From the sequence record LC727697.1: a stretch of 64,000 bases of DNA. One strand, given 5' to 3'. Shown here one piece after another: positions 1-9,273 of the stretch; position 1 is the stretch's first letter; each line of letters begins with the position of its first letter. The notes beneath the pieces were generated by a model. The model did not search any database, was not told the origin of the DNA, and saw nothing but the letters and a program-made list of their open reading frames with translations. Origin of the DNA: Pseudomonas phage sp. 30-2. Position numbers and translations under genes: made by a program.

Positions 1-30
1 ATGCCTGTTGTTATAGTTATTTCTTTTCTA

Positions 31-738
31 TTATATTTGTCGTTCATTTAAAACATCAACTATGTCTACAACATTGTCTTCAGTTTCTACATTTATACCT
101 AATTCTTCTTTTATTGCAGCTTCGAACTTATCGTTAATATCATTTAACACATGTCTTGTACAAACAGACATTTGTACTTCTTCTAATGTACGATTTTCTA
201 AATCAGGAACATAATCAAATGTATCTACATCAACCCTATCCCACCACGGCACGTCCCATATAGGTTTTTCATCTTCATTAGGAAACATATCGTCTATTGT
301 AGGAAGATCATATATTTCATCTACATGTTTTCCGAATGTGTAACTAAAATTACTATCGTCTGATATAATAATGTCACCTATAGATAGCTTACCATCTGTT
401 ATAGATGAAATCTTAGAATGAAAAACCATTGCTAGTGTTTTTAAATCTTTAGGAAAACTAGGAACACCTATTATGTTATTTTCTGCTATATCATACAACA
501 TAGAAATTCTAGTATCGCTCATATCGACGATAATACTGCCTTCTACGTAATTAGAAATCCAGTAATCTATTATATTTTTTTGAACTTCAAAATCAATTAA
601 ATCTTCACCGTTGCTTGCATCCTTTGCAGGAACGAATCCAATTATAATTTCCCATTCAGTTTCTTTCAATACAGAAGTAAGAACGTGTGTTTTAAATTTT
701 CTTTTAAAAGAATAAAACCCTTGTACGTCAGCAAACAT
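31..738 (-). CDS. hypothetical protein (235 aa), acidic C-terminal half
   Basis: Long ORF on the dominant coding strand; no motif recognised. Confidence 0.45.
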   Translation of the reverse strand: MFADVQGFYSFKRKFKTHVLTSVLKETEWEIIIGFVPAKDASNGEDLIDFEVQKNIIDYWISNYVEGSIIVDMSDTRISMLYDIAENNIIGVPSFPKDLKTLAMVFHSKISSITDGKLSIGDIIISDDSNFSYTFGKHVDEIYDLPTIDDMFPNEDEKPIWDVPWWDRVDVDTFDYVPDLENRTLEEVQMSVCTRHVLNDINDKFEAAIKEELGINVETEDNVVDIVDVLNERQI

Positions 739-1035
739 TTATTTGTTCCTTTTTGTTATACGGTCTAATGCAGTTGGGTCACCCGATACTTTACCTAAAT
801 TAATAGGAGCGAGGGGATCTATACCTTTTGCCATATTTTCTTTTGTTAATTGCTCATTACGTGCCTTGGTCATCCTGTATTCGTATTCTTCTTCTAGTTG
901 TGCCAGTGTTATTTCTACACTGTGTATTAAGGTATGATGGCCAGCCATATGTGCTTGATTTAAATATTCCCTTGCTTTCATCAATCTAGACTGTAATTCT
1001 TCATCTGTTAATTTAGACCAATCGCCGTTAATCAT
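739..1035 (-). CDS. hypothetical protein (98 aa)
   Basis: ORF abutting the upstream gene on the minus strand; the overlapping + ORF 743..937 is treated as a shadow. Confidence 0.4.
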   Translation of the reverse strand: MINGDWSKLTDEELQSRLMKAREYLNQAHMAGHHTLIHSVEITLAQLEEEYEYRMTKARNEQLTKENMAKGIDPLAPINLGKVSGDPTALDRITKRNK

Positions 1036-1063
1036 ATAGAAATTCCTTTTCCTATATTATATG

Positions 1064-1098
1064 GCAAAAAAAGGGCACCTGTCAAGTGCCCTTTTACA
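1064..1098 (-). terminator. rho-independent terminator
   Basis: Stem agggcac/gtgccct at 1072..1092 preceded by an A-run on + (a T8 run on the minus transcript); lies just downstream of the stop of 1111..1611. Confidence 0.7.
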
Positions 1099-1110
1099 AC
1101 TATGCAGGTC

Positions 1111-1611
1111 TTAGCTGCGTCCGGAAAAGTGCTTGAGCCAGTCGTCCAACTCATCTTCACTAGCATCGGCAACTGTTTGCCGTTTTGAATCCGAACTACT
1201 AGTACCTACTAGGACTTGTTCTCCGGACTTATATGCTTCCGTCTCTGCTAGCTGTCGCTCTAGGTTCTCTCGGAGCACAGCAGCAGAAACAGCTCGGTAA
1301 GTAGACGGTTTGCCAGTTAGTTCTAACTCAACTAGGCCGAAGGTCATAATCCCTATCAAGCCACGGAGAAAAAATGCAGCGTTGAGCCACATAGTATTTC
1401 GCCAATGAATTAGATGATGCTTAGTAAAACGAATACTGCAAATTTTTTCCTTTAATTCGGCGAAAAAATATTTCAGTCGCAATACTCGCATTTTACGAGC
1501 AATAGCTTTTTTCTCTTTTTCCCCGATTACCTTGCGGTGCGCTAGTGGATCTGCATTTGCATCGGTAGCTTGGGTATTTACAGAAGTATTTTTTTGGTTC
1601 ACAGTTGCCAT
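1111..1611 (-). CDS. hypothetical membrane protein, compositionally GC-richer than flanks
   Basis: 166-aa ORF with one predicted TM segment (WLNAAFFLRGLIGIMTFGLV) and an acidic C-terminus; visibly higher G+C than neighbours; has its own terminator. Confidence 0.5.
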   Translation of the reverse strand: MATVNQKNTSVNTQATDANADPLAHRKVIGEKEKKAIARKMRVLRLKYFFAELKEKICSIRFTKHHLIHWRNTMWLNAAFFLRGLIGIMTFGLVELELTGKPSTYRAVSAAVLRENLERQLAETEAYKSGEQVLVGTSSSDSKRQTVADASEDELDDWLKHFSGRS

Positions 1612-1633
1612 TGCATGTCTCCAGCGGCGGTTA

Positions 1634-1936
1634 TTAAAGTATATGCGTAGTATAAAGCGTATAATGTACGTCGTCTAGTGGCAATTTATATGTACTAATA
1701 TAGGTAATATTTGTAAGTTCTATAATTCTGTTTAGTATGTCTGAGTATGTCGGTTTCGCATCGATCCCGATGGCTTCATAATCTTTAAACCAAGCCATTT
1801 TAGTAAATATTATAGAATCTTCTGTAGAATATAATTCTTGTATTGTTCGTTTTATTTTTGCCACAAGGAAAAATACATTTCCGTCTTCGCCGCCTATATC
1901 TACAGAATACTTTGATAGGTCCCAGTGTTTAGTCAT
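1634..1936 (-). CDS. hypothetical protein (100 aa)
   Basis: ORF on coding strand, tightly packed. Confidence 0.4.
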   Translation of the reverse strand: MTKHWDLSKYSVDIGGEDGNVFFLVAKIKRTIQELYSTEDSIIFTKMAWFKDYEAIGIDAKPTYSDILNRIIELTNITYISTYKLPLDDVHYTLYTTHIL

Positions 1937-2264
1937 TTGTCGTTATATGAAAAAGTAAACCAGTGCGCCATACATATACTCTAGTAAATTCAGATCCAAC
2001 ACTTAGTGTAAAATACACAGCATCGTCATGATTCTTAAAAGCAATATATTTGAAGTCATTGGCGTCTACAGCTACTCCAACAAATTCAGAAGTCCGCCGC
2101 ATATCTTTTATTATATTATCTATTTTTCTTCTATATGAATCTATTTCATCATTAGAGTAATCCTTACAAGCAGGCGACCATCTACTATAATAAACAGGTT
2201 TAGTGCTCATGTACATCAAGGGATTATCTTCGGATACTAAATAATCGGAATATAATTTTTTCAT
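1929..2264 (-). CDS. hypothetical protein (111 aa)
   Basis: ORF on coding strand; 8-nt overlap with neighbour is typical of an operon. Confidence 0.4.
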   Translation of the reverse strand: MKKLYSDYLVSEDNPLMYMSTKPVYYSRWSPACKDYSNDEIDSYRRKIDNIIKDMRRTSEFVGVAVDANDFKYIAFKNHDDAVYFTLSVGSEFTRVYVWRTGLLFHITTND

Positions 2265-2518
2265 GTTCTTTCTGATATTCCATTAATAAATATATATGGA
2301 TATTTTATCCTAGCTATTATTTCAGATTCGGGTGAATTAAAATAAAATACTTCGTATCGTTCACCGTCTTTAAACGTGTCGTGCCACCCTATATCACTTC
2401 TAAATTCAGTAAATAGCCATTTTCTAATTTTTCTTGTATTATTATAATCAGATTTAATTGTAATTTTTAGCATCTTTCTTTTCAAAAAGTTGCCTAAGGT
2501 TTCAGTGACAAAATCCAC
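2261..2518 (-). CDS. hypothetical protein (85 aa)
   Basis: ORF on coding strand with 4-nt overlap. Confidence 0.35.
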   Translation of the reverse strand: MDFVTETLGNFLKRKMLKITIKSDYNNTRKIRKWLFTEFRSDIGWHDTFKDGERYEVFYFNSPESEIIARIKYPYIFINGISERT

Positions 2519-2778
2519 GAATCTAGAAATTTTTTATAAATAATTTCATCACTAGCAGTAGCAAATGATGCATCTATATTTGATTGATCCCTTAAATTTA
2601 CTATATGAGTACGCCCATATTTTGTTAGAATTTCTATTCTAATTTTTCCAGATATAAAAGAAACTACATACTCTTCTGTGGATTTCTGGTACTTAACTTC
2701 AGCAATTGTGTTTAGTGGTATTATTGTTGAGTCTTCCGTGACTAATACTTTCATTCCCTTACCTTTTATTATAAACAA
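2494..2778 (-). CDS. hypothetical protein (94 aa)
   Basis: ORF on coding strand. Confidence 0.35.
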   Translation of the reverse strand: MFIIKGKGMKVLVTEDSTIIPLNTIAEVKYQKSTEEYVVSFISGKIRIEILTKYGRTHIVNLRDQSNIDASFATASDEIIYKKFLDSWILSLKP

Positions 2779-3038
2779 AGTTTTATTAGAACAAGAATAT
2801 GTTCAGCATCCATGTCGGTATTGTACACACGAACCGGAAACGGCTTTTTAGTTCTAACAAACCGGGCAGAACGCTGCGAGAGAATCCGTTTAATAGAATA
2901 CCGCGGCGATCCTGCCGACCAATTTTTTCTGCCATGACCAAACTGACTGTTCATAAAAGAAACAAATTTATTAAACTGCTCAACGTCGTCGAAGTCGATT
3001 TCGAACTTAACATCCTTGGCGTTGCTGTTCGTAGACAT
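2769..3038 (-). CDS. hypothetical protein (89 aa), partly GC-rich
   Basis: ORF on coding strand; a local GC-rich patch sits inside it; the overlapping + ORF 2799..3056 is treated as a shadow. Confidence 0.35.
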   Translation of the reverse strand: MSTNSNAKDVKFEIDFDDVEQFNKFVSFMNSQFGHGRKNWSAGSPRYSIKRILSQRSARFVRTKKPFPVRVYNTDMDAEHILVLIKLCL

Positions 3039-3085
3039 TGCGTTGATACCCGGTAGTTATGTTGATTTGTACTTATAATATATTA

Positions 3086-3523
3086 TTACTGCGCATGTTG
3101 CAACATATATTTTGTCCAAGCCAAGATAATTGCGTGTTTCACTATAGCATAATTTTGAAAATAGAATTCCTCACCTAAACATTCTCTATAATTATCAGGT
3201 GACACATCAACCCCATACCATGCAGTTCCACCCTGTGTTTTGCAATTTATATAAAGCTGTGCTTGGTTATCTGAGATTATATCCACAATTCCTACGTCGC
3301 AATCGACCGTAACCTTTTCAGAAAGTTCTAATATATTGCATAACGGTACAATCCTTCCGCATACTGTTTTGACAAAACATATGTGTTCTGCTACATCAAA
3401 ATGAGTCATTAACGGATTATTATATAATTTAAATAGATCACTAGATACGTCTCTTTGACCACTTATATCTTTATAAATATTGTTATATATCGGATTCTTT
3501 CCGAACTTCGGATTCATAGACAT
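3086..3523 (-). CDS. hypothetical protein (145 aa)
   Basis: ORF on coding strand. Confidence 0.4.
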   Translation of the reverse strand: MSMNPKFGKNPIYNNIYKDISGQRDVSSDLFKLYNNPLMTHFDVAEHICFVKTVCGRIVPLCNILELSEKVTVDCDVGIVDIISDNQAQLYINCKTQGGTAWYGVDVSPDNYRECLGEEFYFQNYAIVKHAIILAWTKYMLQHAQ

Positions 3524-3890
3524 TAAATTTTCCTCCCGGATACCGTGCCTCTAGTTTTTCCACGTTCATGCCGATTATTTCATCTAGGGAAATATCGAGT
3601 GCAATACAAGCCGAAACAACATAGAACATTACGTCGCCTAATTCTCGTTTTAGATGATATACCACATCATCTGTATATTCTTTTCCTTGATATTTAAGTT
3701 TCTTAACAATTTCCCCAAATTCACCCGATTCTGCTAGCATACCCTGGCTTGCAGTATCTAATGTTTCTATCTTACAGCCATTTGCTTTGAGCTTTTTTAG
3801 TGCATCAATATATGCATCGAAATTAGAACTCGGTTCACTAAGTAGTTTCTGTACAAATTTAGTATAATTATTGTTTGTGCTCATTGTCAT
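3483..3890 (-). CDS. mazG: MazG-like nucleoside triphosphate pyrophosphohydrolase
   Basis: EEFGEIVKK ... ELGDVMFYV matches the MazG EExxE/ExxD helices; the size is typical of phage MazG. Confidence 0.65.
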   Translation of the reverse strand: MTMSTNNNYTKFVQKLLSEPSSNFDAYIDALKKLKANGCKIETLDTASQGMLAESGEFGEIVKKLKYQGKEYTDDVVYHLKRELGDVMFYVVSACIALDISLDEIIGMNVEKLEARYPGGKFNVYESEVRKESDI

Positions 3891-4344
3891 CCCCTGACGT
3901 TAATACTGTTACGTTTGCTTGATTAAATAGCCATTTAGATACTTTTAATTCTTCTGTCCATCGGTCATTATATCCAGTGTCTTGTATTAATATAGATTCG
4001 TCTATTATAACATGTGTTATACCGGACTGAATAATAGCCCTTGCACAAGATGCACACGGATGATGAGTTGTATATAAAACACATCCTTTTAATGATACAG
4101 TGGCTTGATATATTGCATTTCGCTCTGCGTGCTCGCACGCTAATAACTTAAACTCTCTATTATTATAAAGAGATTCGTCGTCATCTACTCCCTTCGGAAA
4201 TCCATTAAACCCAAAACTAACAGGTTCTCCGATTTTAGTTACAATTAATGCACCCGTTTTAGTAGATGGATCTTTAGACCAAGACGCTATTAATTTAGTT
4301 AATTCTATTAACCTGGTTTTCCATTTTTTATCTAATATGTTCAT
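3868..4344 (-). CDS. cd: dCMP deaminase (T4 cd-like)
   Basis: CEHAERNAI and HHPCASCARAI zinc-binding motifs (HAE ... PCxxC) of the CDA/dCMP deaminase fold; 158 aa. Confidence 0.85.
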   Translation of the reverse strand: MNILDKKWKTRLIELTKLIASWSKDPSTKTGALIVTKIGEPVSFGFNGFPKGVDDDESLYNNREFKLLACEHAERNAIYQATVSLKGCVLYTTHHPCASCARAIIQSGITHVIIDESILIQDTGYNDRWTEELKVSKWLFNQANVTVLTSGDDNEHKQ

Positions 4345-5378
4345 TATTTAAATTTAATATTCAAATATCCGTGTTCTGTTGTACTTGGCAATGGATTTCT
4401 AGAATTCCATTCTACAGATAATTTATGCGTGCCATCCGGTTTAAATATATAATAATTATAATTGCGTCTACCAAGTGTAAAATGTCCCATTACGTGGTAC
4501 ATTAATTTTATAGAATATGCATGTTCGTCTATATCACTAGATACATTTACATTTTCTATTTCTACTTTTTTGTTAAATGCACCAAAGATATTAAAAGGCA
4601 CAATACAATCGTATTTGTCTAGTTTAGTGTATTGATCTGATGCAATTTTATTAAAATTATCCCTATTTACATCTTTGTCACTAAACTCATCTAATACATT
4701 ACCTACAGTTGCAATCTTATTTGTAGATTCTATAAAATATGTTAATGTATTACTAATATTATCTATTTTTGCAAAGAGCAATTTTTTCTTTGCAGTAGAT
4801 AGTAATTCATATGAATGACTCTTAGTTTGATAATAATATTGTCCGCAAAGTTCTATAAAATTAAATGATCCTAGATATACGCACTCTACTTTAGATTTTA
4901 ATTTCACCCAAGATCCTATAGGAACTTCGGATAATTTAATTTTCGACTCTAATAGTTTAGTATTTTCTCTGGCAGATTTATATAGACTAGACGATTCTGG
5001 TATTAACACGTTTTCGCCAGAATCATATCCCCACACACATTTGTCTTGGATTAATCCTTCTGAGATGCTGCCACAACTTAGAATAGAAGTAATGTTGTTT
5101 GAACTTATCTCTATTGTAAATCCTCTAGGATCACATACAGTCCACAGACTAGTATTTCCTCGCCAAGTTGATGATTTAATTATAGTAAATCCCGGCAAGG
5201 GCTGGTTTGCGTATACAGTAGTGCTATTTTTATAATATCTATTTATAGACTCCATTTTCTGGTGTCTTGTTTTTTCGTAAGGACACATTCCACCTGCAGG
5301 AATTTGGTTAGTTTTTTGTGTTCCTGATGTATTGGGAATTCTAGTTCCTACAAAAATTTCTTCCGGTATTCTAATCAT
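4344..5378 (-). CDS. hypothetical protein (344 aa)
   Basis: Long ORF on coding strand; no motif recognised. Confidence 0.45.
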   Translation of the reverse strand: MIRIPEEIFVGTRIPNTSGTQKTNQIPAGGMCPYEKTRHQKMESINRYYKNSTTVYANQPLPGFTIIKSSTWRGNTSLWTVCDPRGFTIEISSNNITSILSCGSISEGLIQDKCVWGYDSGENVLIPESSSLYKSARENTKLLESKIKLSEVPIGSWVKLKSKVECVYLGSFNFIELCGQYYYQTKSHSYELLSTAKKKLLFAKIDNISNTLTYFIESTNKIATVGNVLDEFSDKDVNRDNFNKIASDQYTKLDKYDCIVPFNIFGAFNKKVEIENVNVSSDIDEHAYSIKLMYHVMGHFTLGRRNYNYYIFKPDGTHKLSVEWNSRNPLPSTTEHGYLNIKFK

Positions 5379-5632
5379 TTATGTATTAATCCAAATGTTA
5401 CTGCTTCTTCTTTATTTCTAAAAGTAAATATATATCTAGTAATTTTACCTGAATTATGTTCTACATCTAATTCCCATTTATATCTACAATTTTCATTACA
5501 CCAGAGTATAAGTTTGTGTAATGTTTCTGCAGTGTGGGGATTAGGATCTATGCGTATTGTTGATGAATTCTCGTGAGATTTGCCTAATACGCTCATTAGT
5601 TGTTGAACAAAGTATTTCAACATCTTTATCAT
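5375..5632 (-). CDS. small protein of the WC(D/N/S)EN paralog family (copy 1)
   Basis: LILWCNENCRYKW and FTFRNKEEAVTFGL are shared with 5757..6014 and 21966..22181; the start may instead be the internal Met. Confidence 0.45.
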   Translation of the reverse strand: MIKMLKYFVQQLMSVLGKSHENSSTIRIDPNPHTAETLHKLILWCNENCRYKWELDVEHNSGKITRYIFTFRNKEEAVTFGLIHK

Positions 5633-5741
5633 AACAATACCTATTATCTTCTAATAGCTTACTGTAAGTTTCTTGGAAAATATACAAATCTTCTAAACTA
5701 GAAGAATTTATAATTTGCAATTTATCGTCTAGGCTCATCAT
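5541..5741 (-). CDS. hypothetical small protein (66 aa)
   Basis: ORF on coding strand, but it overlaps 5375..5632 by about 90 nt, so one of the two starts is probably wrong. Confidence 0.3.
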   Translation of the reverse strand: MMSLDDKLQIINSSSLEDLYIFQETYSKLLEDNRYCYDKDVEILCSTTNERIRQISREFINNTHRS

Positions 5742-5756
5742 TGTTATTAGCTCCTA

Positions 5757-6014
5757 TTAAAGTCCAAACTGTAATTTGAACATTAGCGCTTCCGAGCCAT
5801 CTTCGAACCCAAATTTAGATCCGCCGAGCATGGTCCATTTAGATTCTACGTTTTCATCACACCAAATTACCAAAGATTTATTTACAATATCAGATAAATC
5901 TAGTTCTAGATCTACAAAAGTCCATTCTGTATTTTTATTTTTAAAAATAGTAGTAGCCTGTACATAGTTTCCTGTAGTGGTGTATTGTTTCTTAGGAAGA
6001 TTACTAAAATCCAT
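5757..6014 (-). CDS. small protein of the WC(D/N/S)EN paralog family (copy 2)
   Basis: LVIWCDENVESKW ... EDGSEALMFKLQFGL; paralogous to 5375..5632. Confidence 0.45.
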   Translation of the reverse strand: MDFSNLPKKQYTTTGNYVQATTIFKNKNTEWTFVDLELDLSDIVNKSLVIWCDENVESKWTMLGGSKFGFEDGSEALMFKLQFGL

Positions 6015-6101
6015 TTGACTTACTCCTTTTTATTATGCTAGAATTATAACATAATTTTATACAAAAGCAAGTTGTTTTCGTTTAATATATAGGAAAATAC
6101 A

Positions 6102-6332
6102 ATGTCTGAAGAGCAAAAAACATACAGTGAATCTTATATGCATGCAAAAACATATATTACAAACTGGAATTCTTGGGGAAACAACCAATTACAGTTTAAA
6201 AATATAAAAGATGCTATAGATGTAGTAGCAGAGCTCGGAATAAACAAATGTGTTAGGCTAGGAACCCGTGTAAGATTTAAAGAATATGATGAGTTGGTAT
6301 TTCAACGCATTAAATATTACATAGACGAGTAG
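6102..6332 (+). CDS. hypothetical protein (76 aa), plus strand
   Basis: AGGAAAA upstream of the ATG; followed by a clean terminator at 6391..6418; one of very few + genes. Confidence 0.45.
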   Translation: MSEEQKTYSESYMHAKTYITNWNSWGNNQLQFKNIKDAIDVVAELGINKCVRLGTRVRFKEYDELVFQRIKYYIDE

Positions 6333-6390
6333 CATTTTTAACACAATTTAGCGTATGATGTTTATGTGTTTGCGCTGTAACACAATTACT

Positions 6391-6418
6391 AAAAACCCCG
6401 CATTATGCGGGGTTTTTA
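6391..6418. terminator. bidirectional rho-independent terminator
   Basis: aaaaa-ccccgcat/atgcgggg-ttttt. Confidence 0.7.
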
Positions 6419-6489
6419 ATGCATTTAAAACACTACACACAACATTTATATAGTGTTATTTAATTTACCTTAAACAAATAATGCTCACA

Positions 6490-6516
6490 CAAAAAAAGGG
6501 GACCGAAGTCCCCTTA
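6490..6516 (-). terminator. rho-independent terminator downstream of clpP
   Basis: Stem aggggac/gtcccct, followed by a T7 run on the minus transcript. Confidence 0.7.
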
Positions 6517-6541
6517 AATTATCACCAGCTACAGTGAATAG

Positions 6542-7213
6542 TTACTTCAGGTCAGCTTTAGTGCGGAATACTTTGTCTGCCAACCCGAACTCAACTGCTT
6601 CTTGAGCAGAGAGGAATGTGTCGAATTTCATAATTTCGATAAATTCGTCGAACGTCTTGCCAGCAGTGTTATGATGAACATACAGCTCAGTGAGACGCTT
6701 GTTAATTTTAGATAGTTCTGCCGCATGGCGGACAGCATCTTCAATTCCTAACTCAACTTGTTGAGTTGTGCCGCCGAATCCCCCGAAGCCGCCGCTGGCT
6801 CGATGAATCATAGTGCGGGATTCGCTAGACACGTAACGATGCCCCGGAGTACCTGCTTGTGCTAGGAAAGACCCCATACTGCATGCTTGGCCCAACACGA
6901 TGGTATTAACGGGACACGAAATATATTCCATCGTGTTATAAATAGACAAACCAGCAGTAACGCTGCCGCCCGGAGAGTTAATATACATCGAAACGGGCTG
7001 TTCTGCCGATTCCGATTCGAGGAAAAGAAGCTGGGCAACAATTACGGATGCCATCTCGTCGCGAACTGGACCATTAAGAAAAACAATACGCTCTTTTAGA
7101 AGACGGGAATAAATATCCCAACTACGTTCGCCGTTGCCGTTATTTTCGACAACCATGGGGATCAAACCAGCTTCGGTAGGATATTGTCCTTGTGCTGTAT
7201 AATTGTAGCTCAT
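6542..7213 (-). CDS. clpP: ATP-dependent Clp protease proteolytic subunit ClpP
   Basis: Ser in [14 protein letters not shown], His in TMIHR, Asp in [15 protein letters not shown] give an intact Ser-His-Asp triad; GC-richer than flanks; there is a Gly-rich stretch GGFGGFGG next to the catalytic His. Confidence 0.9.
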   Translation of the reverse strand: MSYNYTAQGQYPTEAGLIPMVVENNGNGERSWDIYSRLLKERIVFLNGPVRDEMASVIVAQLLFLESESAEQPVSMYINSPGGSVTAGLSIYNTMEYISCPVNTIVLGQACSMGSFLAQAGTPGHRYVSSESRTMIHRASGGFGGFGGTTQQVELGIEDAVRHAAELSKINKRLTELYVHHNTAGKTFDEFIEIMKFDTFLSAQEAVEFGLADKVFRTKADLK

Positions 7214-7294
7214 ATAATAAGTCCTGTGTTTGTTTACGTTGTGTATATAATAGCAATGTTATTATACATCGTCTAGTTATAATTAAAGTTTAGT

Positions 7295-7681
7295 ATGATA
7301 AATATTGTTATGAAAATAAAAGAAATAATACTAGAAAATAAAACACATATAGAATTGTACGGTGCTGCAAACACTGACATTGATGCATTTTACAATCCAG
7401 AATTATATACTAATAATCAAAAACAGATTAAGAGATATGCAGTTTTGGGTATGACAGGTGACGGACCGACTCCTGTATTTAAAACTATTCCGAAAAATCC
7501 TGCCAACAAACCATTTAATAATCATCCAAAAAACGACGATACACAATCTCCTGGTTTTAGAGGTTTACAAATGGCAAAAGAACGTGCAGGATTACCGTTT
7601 GAGCCTTACCAAAAAATAGATCCTAGTTATAAACAATACAACGATATTCCATATGGTCCCGGAAATATTATGGATAGATAA
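7295..7681 (+). CDS. hypothetical protein (128 aa), plus strand
   Basis: Divergent from clpP; ends exactly at the bidirectional terminator at 7681..7706. Confidence 0.45.
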   Translation: MINIVMKIKEIILENKTHIELYGAANTDIDAFYNPELYTNNQKQIKRYAVLGMTGDGPTPVFKTIPKNPANKPFNNHPKNDDTQSPGFRGLQMAKERAGLPFEPYQKIDPSYKQYNDIPYGPGNIMDR

Positions 7682-7706
7682 AAATGCCCCGTACGGGGCA
7701 TTTTTA
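7681..7706. terminator. bidirectional rho-independent terminator
   Basis: aaaa-atgccccg-ta-cggggcat-ttttt between convergent genes. Confidence 0.75.
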
Positions 7707-8477
7707 TATCTTGTCGCTCAAATATTGTTCTAATGTATACGCTAAGTCTCTATTATATTCGGGTTTTGTTTCGTCTAATGCATCTAAATTATTTAATGCC
7801 CAAATCCAATAGTCCATTGGAACTTCATCTAAGGGTTTATCTTTATGTTTGCCAAATGGCATAGACGAAAGCATTAACGGCTTATTAGATATTTCTATAA
7901 GTTGATCTGCATACGGTATATCACTATCTAATTTATTCTTAGACTCTAAATCAGTTACTATTCGTTCCAATAATACACCGCACATATATGCATCTTCTCC
8001 TGCTCTATGCGCTACGAAATCGTCAGGAATATCTAACATTAATTTATATCTTAGATAAGATAATTTAAATTCTTCAAAAGTAGGATCGGTTTGATATGCA
8101 TATCGTGCAAGTTTTAAAGTACACAACCAATTAGTGCTAGATGCTATGTTATATCTCTCTAATACCTTTTTATCATACGGAGCATTGTGTGCAACTATTA
8201 GTTGGCAGCTTGTAATAGATTTGTATTGGTCGACTACATCGGCAAAAGTAGGTTTTCCTTCTACCATACGATCTGTTATGCCAGTTATAGAACTTATTTT
8301 AGGAGTTATTTGCGCATGATTAACTCTGGGTTTAAATAATTCACTACTATAAGTCCATTTGTTAGTATAAGACGCTATACCTAATTCTATTATTTCTGCT
8401 ACACGAGTATCTAAATGTGTAGTTTCTGTATCTAAAATTATAAGTGATTCTAGTAATTCCTTTAAACGTGGTGTCAT
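7704..8477 (-). CDS. dexA: DEDDh 3'-5' exonuclease (T4 DexA-like)
   Basis: Exo I ILDTETT, Exo II HNAPYDKKVL, Exo III HRAGEDAYM. Confidence 0.75.
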   Translation of the reverse strand: MTPRLKELLESLIILDTETTHLDTRVAEIIELGIASYTNKWTYSSELFKPRVNHAQITPKISSITGITDRMVEGKPTFADVVDQYKSITSCQLIVAHNAPYDKKVLERYNIASSTNWLCTLKLARYAYQTDPTFEEFKLSYLRYKLMLDIPDDFVAHRAGEDAYMCGVLLERIVTDLESKNKLDSDIPYADQLIEISNKPLMLSSMPFGKHKDKPLDEVPMDYWIWALNNLDALDETKPEYNRDLAYTLEQYLSDKI

Positions 8478-8545
8478 TATAATATTCTCTTGTTATTGTA
8501 TACATTATAACACCAAATATATAAAATATATACACAATTATGATA

Positions 8546-8575
8546 AAATAAAAGGGCTCAATGCCCTTTTATTTT
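8546..8575. terminator. rho-independent terminator
   Basis: aaaa-aagggc-tcaat-gccctt-tt-atttt just downstream of 8574..9083. Confidence 0.65.
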
Positions 8576-9083
8576 ACACAATTTGCACCATTTGAACCGA
8601 AGATACAGGGAATGGATTTGTACCATTCCAGGTCCATCCGTATACTGTATTACCTCCCAAATCTGAAGTATATTGTGTTGGTGCACCTAAATAACCAGTT
8701 ACAGAACTCCAGAAATTAGTTACTAAGTTGGTTGGTGCATTAGTTTGATCGACACCTATTCCTAGCACTTTATCGTAATCATTCCATGCAACTATAGTTA
8801 AATTGTATCCTTTAAAAACAATATTGTTTATTTTAGAACCTGTTGCAAACACTCTATATCCATATTGGGCATTCGGTGCAGCTTGCAACTGAGCAGAAGT
8901 TAATATATATTGTCCTGTTGGCATTCTACCATATGCGCCAGCAATACTTACTTGCCCTGTAGTTGCTGCACCACATAATATCCTCATTTCGGCAGCGTTT
9001 ACATCTAACCGAGCATCTTGTGGATTTCCTAATTCAACGTTAATTTGCTGTGTAGAAAGAGAACCCGAAGAAGGTAATGTCAT
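8574..9083 (-). CDS. hypothetical Gly/Thr/Asn/Gln-rich protein (169 aa)
   Basis: ORF with beta-rich, lectin- or fibre-like composition; GC-richer than flanks; sits among replication genes. Confidence 0.5.
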   Translation of the reverse strand: MTLPSSGSLSTQQINVELGNPQDARLDVNAAEMRILCGAATTGQVSIAGAYGRMPTGQYILTSAQLQAAPNAQYGYRVFATGSKINNIVFKGYNLTIVAWNDYDKVLGIGVDQTNAPTNLVTNFWSSVTGYLGAPTQYTSDLGGNTVYGWTWNGTNPFPVSSVQMVQIV

Positions 9084-9102
9084 AATAATATATCCTTTTT
9101 TA

Positions 9103-9264
9103 TTATTTATTACTCAACTCTAAGTCGCCTTTGCCTATTTCTATTTCGTTACCGTCTTCTAATTCTACTATAGCAATAGTTTTATTAGATATAAATTTTA
9201 TAACAATGCCGCTTGTCTCGCCAAATTCGGTTTTAATAATAACATCGTCGCCTACATTTATCAT
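9103..9264 (-). CDS. unlisted small ORF (53 aa) MINVGDDVIIKTEFGETSGIVIKF...
   Basis: Fills the 190-nt gap between 8574..9083 and the ligase; GGAT 8 nt upstream of the ATG; below the 60-aa cutoff of the ORF track; KOW/SH3-like small beta composition. Confidence 0.35.
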   Translation of the reverse strand: MINVGDDVIIKTEFGETSGIVIKFISNKTIAIVELEDGNEIEIGKGDLELSNK

Positions 9265-9273
9265 AAAATATCC

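Noticed and set aside
743-937. Plus-strand 64-aa ORF
   Set aside because: Lies entirely inside the minus-strand gene 739..1035 with low-complexity translation; it is a shadow ORF.
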